Shown here: positions 47,178 to 56,882 of the stretch, piece after piece
Numbering within the stretch: the first letter of the stretch is position 1
Layout of the letters: each line of letters starts with the position of its first letter
NCBI GenBank assembly: GCA_963738405.1
Contig: CAVTWJ010000009.1
Coordinates: forward strand, 128,001-192,000
Direction: 5' to 3'
Origin: a candidate division FCPU426 bacterium
GTDB taxonomy: Bacteria; Oederibacteriota; Muellerivitia; Muellerivitales; Muellerivitaceae
Length of the DNA stretch: 64,000 bases
Made by a program: the position numbers and the translations under genes
Notes under the pieces: model-generated
Told to the model about the DNA's origin: nothing
The model's input: only the letters and a program-made list of their open reading frames with translations
The model's database searches: none

Positions 47178-48368
47178 ATGAAAAAATCTTTGTTCTTTGC
47201 CATTTTGTTGCTTGTGAGTTTATTTATTCCCTGGGCCTGTAGCGACAACAACAATAACCCTACCAAACCCCCCAACGCGATCGGAGGGGCCACGAACACC
47301 CCGACGCCTCTTTCAGGCAGTACGCCTGCGGGAACGCCTTTACCCATTACGCTTACCCCCACTCCGACTTTCGTGAACAACTACGGCACTTCCGCGTCGC
47401 CAAATGGAATGTATTACGATGGGCTTGGAAATCTTCAAGTTATGGAAGGTGTGCCCGGAGTAACAAATTGGGCGACCTATAATGTCAATGCCGGCACGGG
47501 TACCCTTACTCGAATCGGGTTGGGAAATTTGATAGCCGTCGGGGTACCCACTCCCAATGCGACTCCGGGACCTTGGGTGGCGCCGGTTACCAATGTTTTG
47601 CAATTGCCCCAGGGTTTTGCTTACACTCCCGTGGGGAATGGTGGGGCTGGGTGGTACGGAATTTTGGATTCTTCCCCATCTGGTTCCGCAATTTTCTATG
47701 AAGGGAACAATTGGCCGACCTTTGGTTTCGACGTCCCGAATTACACAGTCGGATATGCATCTATCACTTTTTCTTCCCCTAGAGCCGTGGTCGGGGATTT
47801 GCTGACTGAAAACTTCTATATCGCGGACACAGGTAACGGTTATGTCGACGAAATGGGAGGGGCAAGCTTCGCGAACGGGGGCCTTGTTGACATTAACTGG
47901 CCTCACCGTTGGAACGGCTCTACGTCCAATTTTCAATTCAAAAAACCTGTTGTTCTGGCGATTGATGCGAACGACAACCTTTTTGTCGGTGATCAAGGCT
48001 ACAATCCGTCGGTGGTAGAGGAATACGCCCAGCAAGGAACCTATCTCGAAGGTCAATGGGTATTGACCGCGGGTTGTTCCATCGTTGGGTTGGCTGTGGA
48101 TAGCCTTACACCCGAGGATATTTATGTCTCGGATGCTGCCAACGGAGGCCAAGTGGAGGAATACCAAATCACAGGATACAATACCGTCTCACTCGTGAGA
48201 ACTTGGAATATTCCAGTCAATACGATTTCACTCAACGGGTATCATGAATACAATCCCTTCAGTCCCTCTTGCATTGCCCTGATCCAAGCGGGATTGGCCG
48301 CCGTTCCGCCAACGCAAATTGTTGTGGGTGACGTGAACAATAACCTCATAGATGTTTTTGGCCCTTAG
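47178..48368 (+). CDS. NHL-like beta-propeller lipoprotein with Thr/Pro linker
   Basis: PWAC lipobox; TNTPTP; YIADTGNG. Confidence 0.8.
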   Translation: MKKSLFFAILLLVSLFIPWACSDNNNNPTKPPNAIGGATNTPTPLSGSTPAGTPLPITLTPTPTFVNNYGTSASPNGMYYDGLGNLQVMEGVPGVTNWATYNVNAGTGTLTRIGLGNLIAVGVPTPNATPGPWVAPVTNVLQLPQGFAYTPVGNGGAGWYGILDSSPSGSAIFYEGNNWPTFGFDVPNYTVGYASITFSSPRAVVGDLLTENFYIADTGNGYVDEMGGASFANGGLVDINWPHRWNGSTSNFQFKKPVVLAIDANDNLFVGDQGYNPSVVEEYAQQGTYLEGQWVLTAGCSIVGLAVDSLTPEDIYVSDAANGGQVEEYQITGYNTVSLVRTWNIPVNTISLNGYHEYNPFSPSCIALIQAGLAAVPPTQIVVGDVNNNLIDVFGP

Positions 48369-48417
48369 CTTCCTCATTTTCAACAAGCCAATCAGCTTGG
48401 CTTGAGTCGTCTTCCCG

Positions 48418-48445
48418 AAAGCCCGAGGATTCCCTCGGGCTTTTT
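48418..48445 (+). terminator. Intrinsic terminator
   Basis: AAAGCCCGAGG-ATTC-CCTCGGGCTTTTT. Confidence 0.8.
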
Positions 48446-48558
48446 ATTTAAACCCTGGCATATGTCAAAGCGCCCAACCCGCACTTGGCCTTAAAAAGTC
48501 CGTTTTTTGTGTTAGGCTGTGCCGCCCTGAAAACTCTTCTTTTTCATTGAGGTTGAGC

Positions 48559-49182
48559 ATGCTTCAAGCCATCAAAGCCTTCGCCCTCTTAGGGGGGGAA
48601 TGGGTTCTTTTTATTCTTTTGGGGCTCTCCCTTTGGTCCATCGCTGTGATGGTTCAAAAGATCCTCGAGTTCAGGGCCCGATCCCAGGGCGTGGGCGATC
48701 TTGAATCCAAGGTGCCGCGGCTTTTGGCCCAAGGCGAATTCAAACAGGCGGAAATACTGGCCCTCGCTTCCCCTTCCGCCGAAGGGGCTGTTTTAAGCAT
48801 AGGGTTGGCCAATTTGAACTTGGACCCGGAAGCCCTGGAACAGGTTATGGAAAGTCAGCGACTCCAGGAACGCCTCCTGATGGAAAAAAATATTTTGGTT
48901 TTGGGCACGCTTGGCAACAACGCGCCCTTTATCGGGCTTTTCGGGACGGTTTTAGGAATCATCAAGGCTTTCAACGACTTGGCCATCGCTGGAACCTCTG
49001 GCCCCACCATCGTCATGCGGGGGGTTTCAGAAGCCTTGGTGGCGACGGCCGTGGGGCTTCTTATCGCCATTCCCGCCGTGGCGGCTTACAACTACTTCCA
49101 AAGCCGTATCAAAAGATCCCTCGCTTCCGCCGACCGTTTTGCCCGGCTTCTCCTCGCCTACTCGGGCAAGAAAAAGCGGTAG
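48559..49182 (+). CDS. exbB: MotA/TolQ/ExbB proton channel
   Basis: APFIGLFGTVLGII, EALVATAVGL. Confidence 0.9.
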   Translation: MLQAIKAFALLGGEWVLFILLGLSLWSIAVMVQKILEFRARSQGVGDLESKVPRLLAQGEFKQAEILALASPSAEGAVLSIGLANLNLDPEALEQVMESQRLQERLLMEKNILVLGTLGNNAPFIGLFGTVLGIIKAFNDLAIAGTSGPTIVMRGVSEALVATAVGLLIAIPAVAAYNYFQSRIKRSLASADRFARLLLAYSGKKKR

Positions 49183-49185
49183 GCC

Positions 49186-49590
49186 ATGGCCCATATCAGC
49201 CCCGATTCGGACGAGGCCATCACCCAAATCAATGTGGTGCCCTTGGTAGATATCATGCTGGTGCTGTTGATCATCTTCATGCTGACCGCCAGTTTTATCT
49301 CCACTCCCTCGATTCCGGTGAAGGTTCCCAAGGCCCTAACCTCCAACCCCACCGCTCCCGCCAGCCAGGCGCTTGTCCTGACGATCAAGGGAGATATTTA
49401 CTACCAGAACCACAAAACCGACAAGACGGCCCTCGCCCAGGCGCTTTACGAGGCCGCATTGCTTAATCCTAATCTTCGCCTGGTCCTGTCGGCGGACGCC
49501 CAGGTCACCCACGGCAAGGTGGTGGAACTGTTGGACTTGGCCCGGCAGGCGGGGGTAACCCAAATCGCGCTGGGAGTGACAACTCCTTGA
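49186..49590 (+). CDS. exbD: ExbD/TolR
   Basis: INVVPLVDIMLVLLIIFM. Confidence 0.9.
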   Translation: MAHISPDSDEAITQINVVPLVDIMLVLLIIFMLTASFISTPSIPVKVPKALTSNPTAPASQALVLTIKGDIYYQNHKTDKTALAQALYEAALLNPNLRLVLSADAQVTHGKVVELLDLARQAGVTQIALGVTTP

Positions 49591-50189
49591 GGCCTCGTGA
49601 TTTTATGGCCGCGCCCCTCGGGCCCTGGGGAGTTTCCCTTGGCTTGCACCTTCTTTTGATTGGGATCCTTCTCTTCTTGGGCCGGCAACAGACCTTGGAT
49701 TTAAGTCTTTTCGATCTAGATATTTCCGGAACCAATTCACCGGTCGCTATCGCTCCCCCCGCCCCGGAAGATGAACTTTGGCAGAAACCTTTTTTAAAAC
49801 ATCGGCCTCCCCCTTCCAAGACCGTTGAAAAAAAAGCGGAACCGCCTGCGGCCCTTTCCACGGGCCCGGCAGAATCTTCCGGCAATGGAACTGGTTCCTA
49901 TCGTTCCCTCGCGGAAGTCAGCCAGCTTCCCCATTTCATCACCCAGGTGAAGGCCCTCTACCCTGACGCCGCGAAAAGGGCCAATATCGAGGGTATGGTG
50001 ATTTTACAAGTGGACATCGACGCCACCGGTGCGGTTAAAATGGTGAAATTGATCCAGGGATTGGGTTGCGGCTGTGATGAGGCCGCCATGTCGGCCGCCC
50101 AGCAATCGGTTTTCTCGCCCGCTTACGCGGGGGATGAACCGGTTCCGGTCCGCCTCCGAATCCCCTATCGTTTCAAGTTTGACCAATAA
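49587..50189 (+). CDS. tonB: TonB-family energy transducer
   Basis: TM with SxxxH, Pro-rich spacer, YPDAAKRANIEG. Confidence 0.88.
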   Translation: MRPRDFMAAPLGPWGVSLGLHLLLIGILLFLGRQQTLDLSLFDLDISGTNSPVAIAPPAPEDELWQKPFLKHRPPPSKTVEKKAEPPAALSTGPAESSGNGTGSYRSLAEVSQLPHFITQVKALYPDAAKRANIEGMVILQVDIDATGAVKMVKLIQGLGCGCDEAAMSAAQQSVFSPAYAGDEPVPVRLRIPYRFKFDQ

Positions 50190-50216
50190 AAACTTATTCT
50201 GAAGGAGAAAGACCCC

Positions 50217-50945
50217 ATGCGACAGGCCTTCCAAGCGTTTTGGATATTGGTATTGTTGGGTGCAGCCCTAGGCCCCATTCAGGTTCGGGCCGATCAAGAG
50301 GTTTACCTTTCCCAATCGCCCAACGGCCAATTCCGGGTCGTGGTGGATCAGGTCATCGACCGCAGGGTCGGAGATCAGATCTTTTTCCGTTATCCCATCA
50401 GTCTGGTCGACTCCAAAACCCTGAGGCATTTCGAGATCCGGGAAGGTGTCCCGCCCCTCATCCAGGAAACCGACCGGGGTACCTTCACCGCCCACTGGGA
50501 CCCTAAGGATTTCCATTGGGGCCCCGACAGCCAGAAACTTATCTTCAATATGGAAATTCAGGAAGGGTCCTGGCGGACTTATTTCGTGGATGTGAAGCTG
50601 GGGAAAACCCTGGACGTGACCTCCGACCTGGAAGGCAAACTCTACGACCGTATCCAATCCCACGGCTGGGCCTACCAAAGCGCGACCGTGGACCTGGTGG
50701 AATGGGTCAAGCCCCACCTGGCTTTCCTGAAAATCACCACCGATTGCGGAAAGAAGAAAAATCAGGAAAACGCCAAGCTGTTCGAGGTGACCGATTCGGT
50801 GCTTTACGACACGGTGAAGCAGGCCGTCGTTTCCGATTGTTCGGACTGCAAGGACCCGGATTCCGAGAAAAAGTTCGAGAAGTTCTTTGAAAAGTCGCAA
50901 GTCACGCCCACCCCGACGCCGGACGAGACCCCCACGGCCCAATAG
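50217..50945 (+). CDS. Exported hypothetical protein with TPTPTP tail
   Basis: Signal peptide; AGGAG SD. Confidence 0.7.
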   Translation: MRQAFQAFWILVLLGAALGPIQVRADQEVYLSQSPNGQFRVVVDQVIDRRVGDQIFFRYPISLVDSKTLRHFEIREGVPPLIQETDRGTFTAHWDPKDFHWGPDSQKLIFNMEIQEGSWRTYFVDVKLGKTLDVTSDLEGKLYDRIQSHGWAYQSATVDLVEWVKPHLAFLKITTDCGKKKNQENAKLFEVTDSVLYDTVKQAVVSDCSDCKDPDSEKKFEKFFEKSQVTPTPTPDETPTAQ

Positions 50946-51081
50946 CACTAGACCCTTTCTGTGGGGCCGAGGGAATTTCCGGGTTCCTCCACCCGGAGTT
51001 CCAACGTGAATAGGCCAAATACTAAGGTCCGAAATTCCGAAAAACCTTTGATACGGTCCGAATGGCTTTTAAACTAGGTCC

Positions 51082-52986
51082 ATGGCTTTTTTGGGCAATA
51101 AAAATTCTCTCATTCTCTTCCTGATTTTTTCGGCCCTTTCTATCCTCATGGCTTTGCCCCGAATCTTGGGTGATTCCTTGACGGCGGATGAGCCCACCGA
51201 CATCGTGAATGGCTACTATTACCTTACTCAAGGCGACACCCTCCACAACCCCAACCACCCTCCCCTGGCGGGGGCGTTGACTTCCTGGCCCCTTCTTTTC
51301 ATGAACTTGAAAACACAGCCCTTTGAGTTTGGGGGTTCTCCAGCCCAATCGGCACTCACCAGCGATGGCCATCGGTTGAATCGGCCAGATCAAGTTCCCG
51401 ATTCTCTTAAAGAATCGGGATACCCAAGTCTCGGGCCTCGGCTTGTGGCCTCGGCCCAGGGGGTCAGTTCTAATATGGAACAGACACGCCTAAACAGAGA
51501 ACCTCGACCTGTGGTCTCGGTTCAAGGCGACTTCTGGGATCGGGCGCATCTGTTTCTGTTTAACTGGAATCTCGACCGATTAAATGAAATGACCCTTTGG
51601 ACCCGGCTTACCAGTTTGGGAATGGGGTTAGGGGTGGGTTTCCTGATTTTTTGGACCTTTAAAAAAGAACCCCTTTGGCTTTTGGGGGCCCTAGGGCTCT
51701 GGGCATTCGACCCCCTGATGGGGGCCCTGTCGAGCCTGGCCAAAACGGACATCGCCCCAGCTTTTTTTTACCTATGGGCGGTTCTGGCTTTCCAGCGGGC
51801 CCTGGGTAAAACATCATGGGAAGCTCCCGTTACGGCAGGGGTTCTTTCCGCATTCATGGTGGGTTGCAAGTTTTACGGGTTAGTTCTCATCCCCCTTTTC
51901 ATTATTCTCGAATGGTTAAATGAAAGGGAACGGTTCAAGCCCCGCGCCTTTACCTGGAAGGTGGCCCGGGGGATGTTCCTGCGCTGGGGACTGGGAACGG
52001 CGGGGTTTTGCCTTATGCTTTTTCTATTATTTCTTCCCGGCACCCTCTCCCAGCCCGGGCATCCCATGCCCTGGAATCTGATCCTTGAGAAACTGGGCGA
52101 GGATTTCGCTTACGCCCCCCAGGCCCGGCCGGTTTTCTTTTTCGGGCAAGCGGGCCTCATCAGCCATTGGTACTATTTGCCCTGCGCTTTTGTTTTGAAG
52201 GAGCCCATCCCTTTTCTGGTCCTTCTGGTCTTAATTCTGCTTCTCATATTAAGAAAAAGGGTCATAGTCCCAGCTTGGCAATGGGCGCCCCCCTTGATTT
52301 TTACTCTGACGCTATTAAAAGCTCCCAACTTGGGGGTTCGGTACCTGCTTCCGGTTTTTCCATTTCTTTACCTTTTAGGGGGAAGGGCCTGGGCGTGGAT
52401 GGTTCAAGCGGAGCATGGAAACGACCAAAGGGCCTGGCGTCTGGCGGCTTTCGGGCTCTTGGCTTGGCAGGCTTTGAGCGTGGGGCTTCAATCCCCAAGG
52501 GCGATCAGCTATTTCAACGACTGGGTTCCGGACGACCAAAAGATTTTCCTATTGGGTGATTCCAACCTGGATTGGGGACAGGATTTAAAAAGGCTGGCCG
52601 CCGAAAGCGGGATAAGGAAGTGGGGAAGGGTCAAACTGGCCCTTTATGGCGCGGTCGATCCCAAGGTCTATGGCTTGGATTGGGAACCCTGGACAACCGA
52701 GGATTTAAAGGGGCCCCAAGCCGGGTTTGCCTACGCTGTGAACGCTTCGTTTCTGCAAATCGGCCCCATCGCCTATCCCCCCACCCGGGAAATTGCCCAG
52801 AGTTGGATTCGAAACCTTCCGCCCTCGGGCCGCGTGGGGGAAACCTTTTATTATTTTGAGATTCCAGGGAAAAAGAAAACCGAACATGCCAGGTTGGGAA
52901 TGAAGGGGTCCGGTGATTTTCTTCTCTCGGCACCCTATCTGCAAATCCGGGGTTATGCCGACCCCGCTTTCAATGTGATTCCCTAG
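51082..52986 (+). CDS. ArnT/GT39-like glycosyltransferase with an apparent in-frame insertion
   Basis: TADEP, NHPPL, AKTD, RYLLP, DSNLDWGQDL. Confidence 0.8.
   Translation: MAFLGNKNSLILFLIFSALSILMALPRILGDSLTADEPTDIVNGYYYLTQGDTLHNPNHPPLAGALTSWPLLFMNLKTQPFEFGGSPAQSALTSDGHRLNRPDQVPDSLKESGYPSLGPRLVASAQGVSSNMEQTRLNREPRPVVSVQGDFWDRAHLFLFNWNLDRLNEMTLWTRLTSLGMGLGVGFLIFWTFKKEPLWLLGALGLWAFDPLMGALSSLAKTDIAPAFFYLWAVLAFQRALGKTSWEAPVTAGVLSAFMVGCKFYGLVLIPLFIILEWLNERERFKPRAFTWKVARGMFLRWGLGTAGFCLMLFLLFLPGTLSQPGHPMPWNLILEKLGEDFAYAPQARPVFFFGQAGLISHWYYLPCAFVLKEPIPFLVLLVLILLLILRKRVIVPAWQWAPPLIFTLTLLKAPNLGVRYLLPVFPFLYLLGGRAWAWMVQAEHGNDQRAWRLAAFGLLAWQALSVGLQSPRAISYFNDWVPDDQKIFLLGDSNLDWGQDLKRLAAESGIRKWGRVKLALYGAVDPKVYGLDWEPWTTEDLKGPQAGFAYAVNASFLQIGPIAYPPTREIAQSWIRNLPPSGRVGETFYYFEIPGKKKTEHARLGMKGSGDFLLSAPYLQIRGYADPAFNVIP
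51331..51523 (-). repeat. Multi-hairpin palindromic element inserted in frame
   Basis: Closing GGTTCTC/GAGAACC stem, TCCCGATTCT-N5-AGAATCGGGA, two tandem-GA hairpins. Confidence 0.6.
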
Positions 52987-53846
52987 GGGTTCCGTTCCTT
53001 GTGCCAGAGGTTGGACCAGCTGAATTGCCCCCGAGCCCCTAAAAATGGCTGTTTTAAAAGTTCGGTGAGGGATTGATCCTGGGGGGCGCGGTGGTAGTCC
53101 AATCCTAAAATCAAACCTTCCTGCCCCTTGTTCGAGTCGGCCCGATAGGTCATCAACACTCGATCCCAAAAACTCAAAATGAAGCCGAAGTTTGAATTGG
53201 TTTCCTTAGGTTCGCGAGAATGGTGGACCCGGTGCATGTCCGGCGTCACGACCAAGAGCCGTACCCATGGCTCCAAATGGTTGGGCAGGCGGGCGTTGGT
53301 ATGGTTAAACAAGTTCGCCGTCAAGCGAAGGGCCTCGTAGGCCAGAACGCCCAATAGGGGAGCGCCCAGACCCAAAATGAAAAGCCCCTTCCAAAGAGAG
53401 GTCATCAGTTCCTCCAGGGGATGAAACCTTACGCCCGTGGAGGTTTCCACCTCCATGTCCGTGTGGTGCACGCGGTGAATGTTCCAGAGGAAAGGAATGG
53501 CGTGGTACATCCGGTGAAGGTAATAGGTCATCCAATCGAGAACGACCACGGTGAATGGCAGGGAGAAGAGGATCGGCATTTCCATCCAGTTGAAGAGTCC
53601 CCAATGGAGCCGAGCGCCCAAAGCGGCGGCCCATAGAAACGGCATTGAAAAAATCAGGCGAAGGACCAACAAATCGATAAAAGCCAGCCCCAAGTGGTTC
53701 TTCCATCTTTCCTTAAGGGAGGCCGGGGGCTTTCGGAATCCCCGTTTGTACTGCCAAAGGGCCATCAAGCCAAAGCTCAGGAGAAAAACCAGGAGCAGGA
53801 AGAGAGAAGTGTTTCCCAAACGATACATCAGGACATTGTCGTTCAT
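52983..53846 (-). CDS. Sterol desaturase / fatty acid hydroxylase family
   Basis: HRMYH, HRVHH, RFHP, FNHTN, HRVHH, SNFG. Confidence 0.9.
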   Translation of the reverse strand: MNDNVLMYRLGNTSLFLLLVFLLSFGLMALWQYKRGFRKPPASLKERWKNHLGLAFIDLLVLRLIFSMPFLWAAALGARLHWGLFNWMEMPILFSLPFTVVVLDWMTYYLHRMYHAIPFLWNIHRVHHTDMEVETSTGVRFHPLEELMTSLWKGLFILGLGAPLLGVLAYEALRLTANLFNHTNARLPNHLEPWVRLLVVTPDMHRVHHSREPKETNSNFGFILSFWDRVLMTYRADSNKGQEGLILGLDYHRAPQDQSLTELLKQPFLGARGQFSWSNLWHKERNP

Positions 53847-54022
53847 CGGTTTTTCTCCTTGATAGGCGCGGAATGTGGGGAATAGCGAAGAAACTGTTTA
53901 TGAATCTTATAAAAGTATATTCCCCCTTTTTAAGATGAAAAGGAATCTCGTTGGCTTAATGATTAGGACGGGCGAAAATTAGAAAAACCCCTAAAATATA
54001 AAGTGTTCCAGGAGGGAACCTC

Positions 54023-55900
54023 TTGCCTCAACCCGTCCCCCGATTACTCCTGTCTGACACCCCAAAACCCACCAGACCCCTCATGGTTTATGACGGGGAC
54101 TGCGGTTTTTGCCGTCTTTGGATCAAGCGCTGGGGTTTTTTATCAGGGAATCAGGTGGAATACCGGCCCTATCAGGAGGCGGCCTCCCAATATCCTGAAA
54201 TTTCCCTGGACCAATTTAAGGCTTCAGTCCAATTGATCGAACCCGATGGAAAGGTCACCTCGGGGGCCTTGGCGGTTTTCAAAAGCCTTTCCTTCCGGAA
54301 AGGCTTGGGATGGATTTCTAAAACCTATGAAGGGGTCCCGTTACTGGCGGGGATCAGCGAAAGCGCCTATCAGTTCGTCGCGAACCATCGGAGGTGGTTT
54401 TCCATGGCGGGTTCCTGTGGAACGGCTCCTGCGGATGAAAAACCCCGCTACCGCATTTCCCGCTGGCTGTTCATCAAGATGCTGGCCTTGGGGTTCTTGG
54501 CCGCCTTTTTATCCCTGGGTTCCCAAGTGGACGGCCTGATCGGAAGCTCGGGCCTACTGCCCGTCTCGAATTTTCTAAACGAAGTCCATCGTCAAGCGGG
54601 CGCCGTGGGTTTTTACGAGGTGCCGACCCTTTGCTGGCTGAGCGACAGCGACGGTTTTTTGCATTTTCTTTGCGGGGCGGGGGCGGTACTTTCGGTCTTC
54701 CTTCTCCTGGATATTGCTCCGGCCCTCTGCCTTTTTCTTCTCTGGCTTTTTTACTTGTCCTTGGTAAAAGCGGGCCAGGATTTCATGAGCTTTCAGTGGG
54801 ACAGCCTCCTATTGGAAGCGGGCTTTCTGGCCCTCTTGGCGTCCCCCCTAGCCATAAAGCCCGGATCGACGGCCAAGGCCGATCCGCCCGCTCTATTGCT
54901 TTTCCTGTTCCAGTGGCTTTTGTTCCGCCTCATCTTTTGCGCCGGGGTCGTGAAGCTTTCCAGCGGCGACCCCTCTTGGCAGAACCTGACCGCCCTTTGC
55001 TTCCATTACCACACCCAACCCCTGCCCACTCTCTTGTCTTGGTATTTCGACGGCCTTCCGGTTTGGTTTCAAAAATTTTCCTGTCTTTTCATGTTTTTTA
55101 CGGAGCTGGGGGTTCCCTTCGCCCTTTGGGGCCCCCGAAAACTTAAGCCCTATGCTTTCGGTTTTTGGCTGGCGCTTCAAATCTTGATCGCCCTGACTGG
55201 GAATTACTGTTTTTTTAACTGGCTAGCGGCGGGACTAGGTCTTTTCTTTTTGGAGGACGCGGCCTGGCCGGGCGTCGTTAGGCGCATTTTTTATCCTGTT
55301 GGAGCTAAAGAAACGCCTCCAGGTGCTGGGACCTGGCACAAGTGGATCCAACGGGCCTATCTGGTTCTGGTTTTAATCCTCAGCTCTATGCAAATGACCT
55401 TCTCCTTTAAGGTCCCGATGGCCTGGCCCGCGCCTTTGGCCCTGCTTTATGACGCGGCGGGTCCTTTTGAAACCGTCAACAGCTATGGTCTGTTTGCCAT
55501 TATGACGACTAACCGCGATGAAATTGTATTGGAGGGCAGCGAGGACGGCAAACTGTGGAAACCCTATGGCTTCAAGAACAAACCGGGCGATCTTCAAAAG
55601 GCTCCTTCCTGGTCAGCGCCCCATCAACCCCGCTTGGATTGGCAGATGTGGTTCGCGGCTTTGGGGGATTATCGGGACAACCCCTGGTTTCTTTCCCTGG
55701 AAGCGGCTTTACTGCGAGGGAATGAGGAAGTTTTAAACTTATTGGGCTCGAATCCTTTTCCTGACAGGCCGCCACGCTTTTTAAGGGCACGGTTTTATGA
55801 GTATCGTTTTACGACCCGTCAAGAAAAGGCCGCGACGGGAGCCTGGTGGTCGAGGGAAGAAAAAGGATTTTACGGCCCTACCCTTTCCTTGAGGGAATAG
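54023..55900 (+). CDS. DCC1-like thiol-disulfide domain fused to lipase maturation factor (LMF)
   Basis: YDGDCGFC; FQWDSLLLEAGF, HYHTQPLP, NSYGLFA, HQPRLDWQMWFAAL. Confidence 0.88.
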   Translation: MPQPVPRLLLSDTPKPTRPLMVYDGDCGFCRLWIKRWGFLSGNQVEYRPYQEAASQYPEISLDQFKASVQLIEPDGKVTSGALAVFKSLSFRKGLGWISKTYEGVPLLAGISESAYQFVANHRRWFSMAGSCGTAPADEKPRYRISRWLFIKMLALGFLAAFLSLGSQVDGLIGSSGLLPVSNFLNEVHRQAGAVGFYEVPTLCWLSDSDGFLHFLCGAGAVLSVFLLLDIAPALCLFLLWLFYLSLVKAGQDFMSFQWDSLLLEAGFLALLASPLAIKPGSTAKADPPALLLFLFQWLLFRLIFCAGVVKLSSGDPSWQNLTALCFHYHTQPLPTLLSWYFDGLPVWFQKFSCLFMFFTELGVPFALWGPRKLKPYAFGFWLALQILIALTGNYCFFNWLAAGLGLFFLEDAAWPGVVRRIFYPVGAKETPPGAGTWHKWIQRAYLVLVLILSSMQMTFSFKVPMAWPAPLALLYDAAGPFETVNSYGLFAIMTTNRDEIVLEGSEDGKLWKPYGFKNKPGDLQKAPSWSAPHQPRLDWQMWFAALGDYRDNPWFLSLEAALLRGNEEVLNLLGSNPFPDRPPRFLRARFYEYRFTTRQEKAATGAWWSREEKGFYGPTLSLRE

Positions 55901-56081
55901 AGGGGGGACGGTATTTTGGAGGAATCGATAATGAAATTTGGAAGAATGACGGGGTTTTTCCTCGCGGCGGAGGTATTATTTATCTATGGCCTGATGGTCA
56001 ACCTCCCCGTGTGGGGTTTTGGCTGGCCTGTGGCTGGCGGTATTTGGATGATCTTCGAGAAATAAGGGAGAATCGCCTTAA

Positions 56082-56882
56082 ATGAAATGTCCGAGCTGTG
56101 GATTTGAGCAGCCAGATACCCGTGTTGATTGCGAGTACTGCGGCCTGGTTTTCGCCAAGTGGAGGGCGAAACAGGAGGCAGTCCAAAAGGCATTGGAACC
56201 CAAGCCGCCGGAGGTCCAGGAAAAAGCCTTGGAAGCACAAAGCGATCTTAAGGACAAACCCCTTTCTGAAAAAGTGGAGACGTCTTCAGGGTCCTTTCCC
56301 AATCCCCAAAGGATATTTGAACTCTTGGGGGCGCTCTATCTTCAGCGTAATGCCGAAGGAGACTGGTTTTATTTCCCCTGGGGCGCCTTTGGGCACGGAT
56401 TCTCCGTGAGCGATCCCGCCCTACTTCGACAGGTTCAAAGGTTGGAAACGATCTTCAGCCTTTTTCAGGCCTCCTGTTTTTCTACTTTGGTCCTTGCCAC
56501 CCTTTCCACATATTTTTACCAGCCTGAAGGAGCAAATCCCTGGATTTGGTTCTTAATGGCTTACTTGGTGTTTGCCTACGGTTTATACGCTTATCATTCG
56601 GGTAATTTGAAAAGGGATTTACCTCTTGCGCGCAGGAAGTTCGATCAGCAACAGTACATGCGAAAGTTGGGTTCTTGTTTCGCTCCCGTTTCCCTTTTGA
56701 GTCCAGAATCGATCACTCTGTTGTCGACCCTGGGCGCAATCCTAGCCATGAATTCCACAAAATTGTTGTTTTTGGTTGGGGAGTCGGCTGAGTTTGTGGG
56801 ATGGCTTTGGATGAGCCTTTCCCTCGTAGGCTTTATCCTTTTTTCTTATCTCTTTTATTTTGAAAAACCCAGCCGCCCGTGA
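56082..56882 (+). CDS. Zinc-ribbon membrane protein
   Basis: MKCPSCG...CEYCG; four TM. Confidence 0.7.
   Translation: MKCPSCGFEQPDTRVDCEYCGLVFAKWRAKQEAVQKALEPKPPEVQEKALEAQSDLKDKPLSEKVETSSGSFPNPQRIFELLGALYLQRNAEGDWFYFPWGAFGHGFSVSDPALLRQVQRLETIFSLFQASCFSTLVLATLSTYFYQPEGANPWIWFLMAYLVFAYGLYAYHSGNLKRDLPLARRKFDQQQYMRKLGSCFAPVSLLSPESITLLSTLGAILAMNSTKLLFLVGESAEFVGWLWMSLSLVGFILFSYLFYFEKPSRP

Noticed and set aside
47340..48167. 275-aa antisense ORF and similar long shadows such as 50268-50948
   Set aside because: Opposite well-supported genes and without recognisable motifs
51331..51505. 6S RNA
   Set aside because: Size fits, but the fold is multibranched rather than a rod with a central bubble, and it lies inside a CDS
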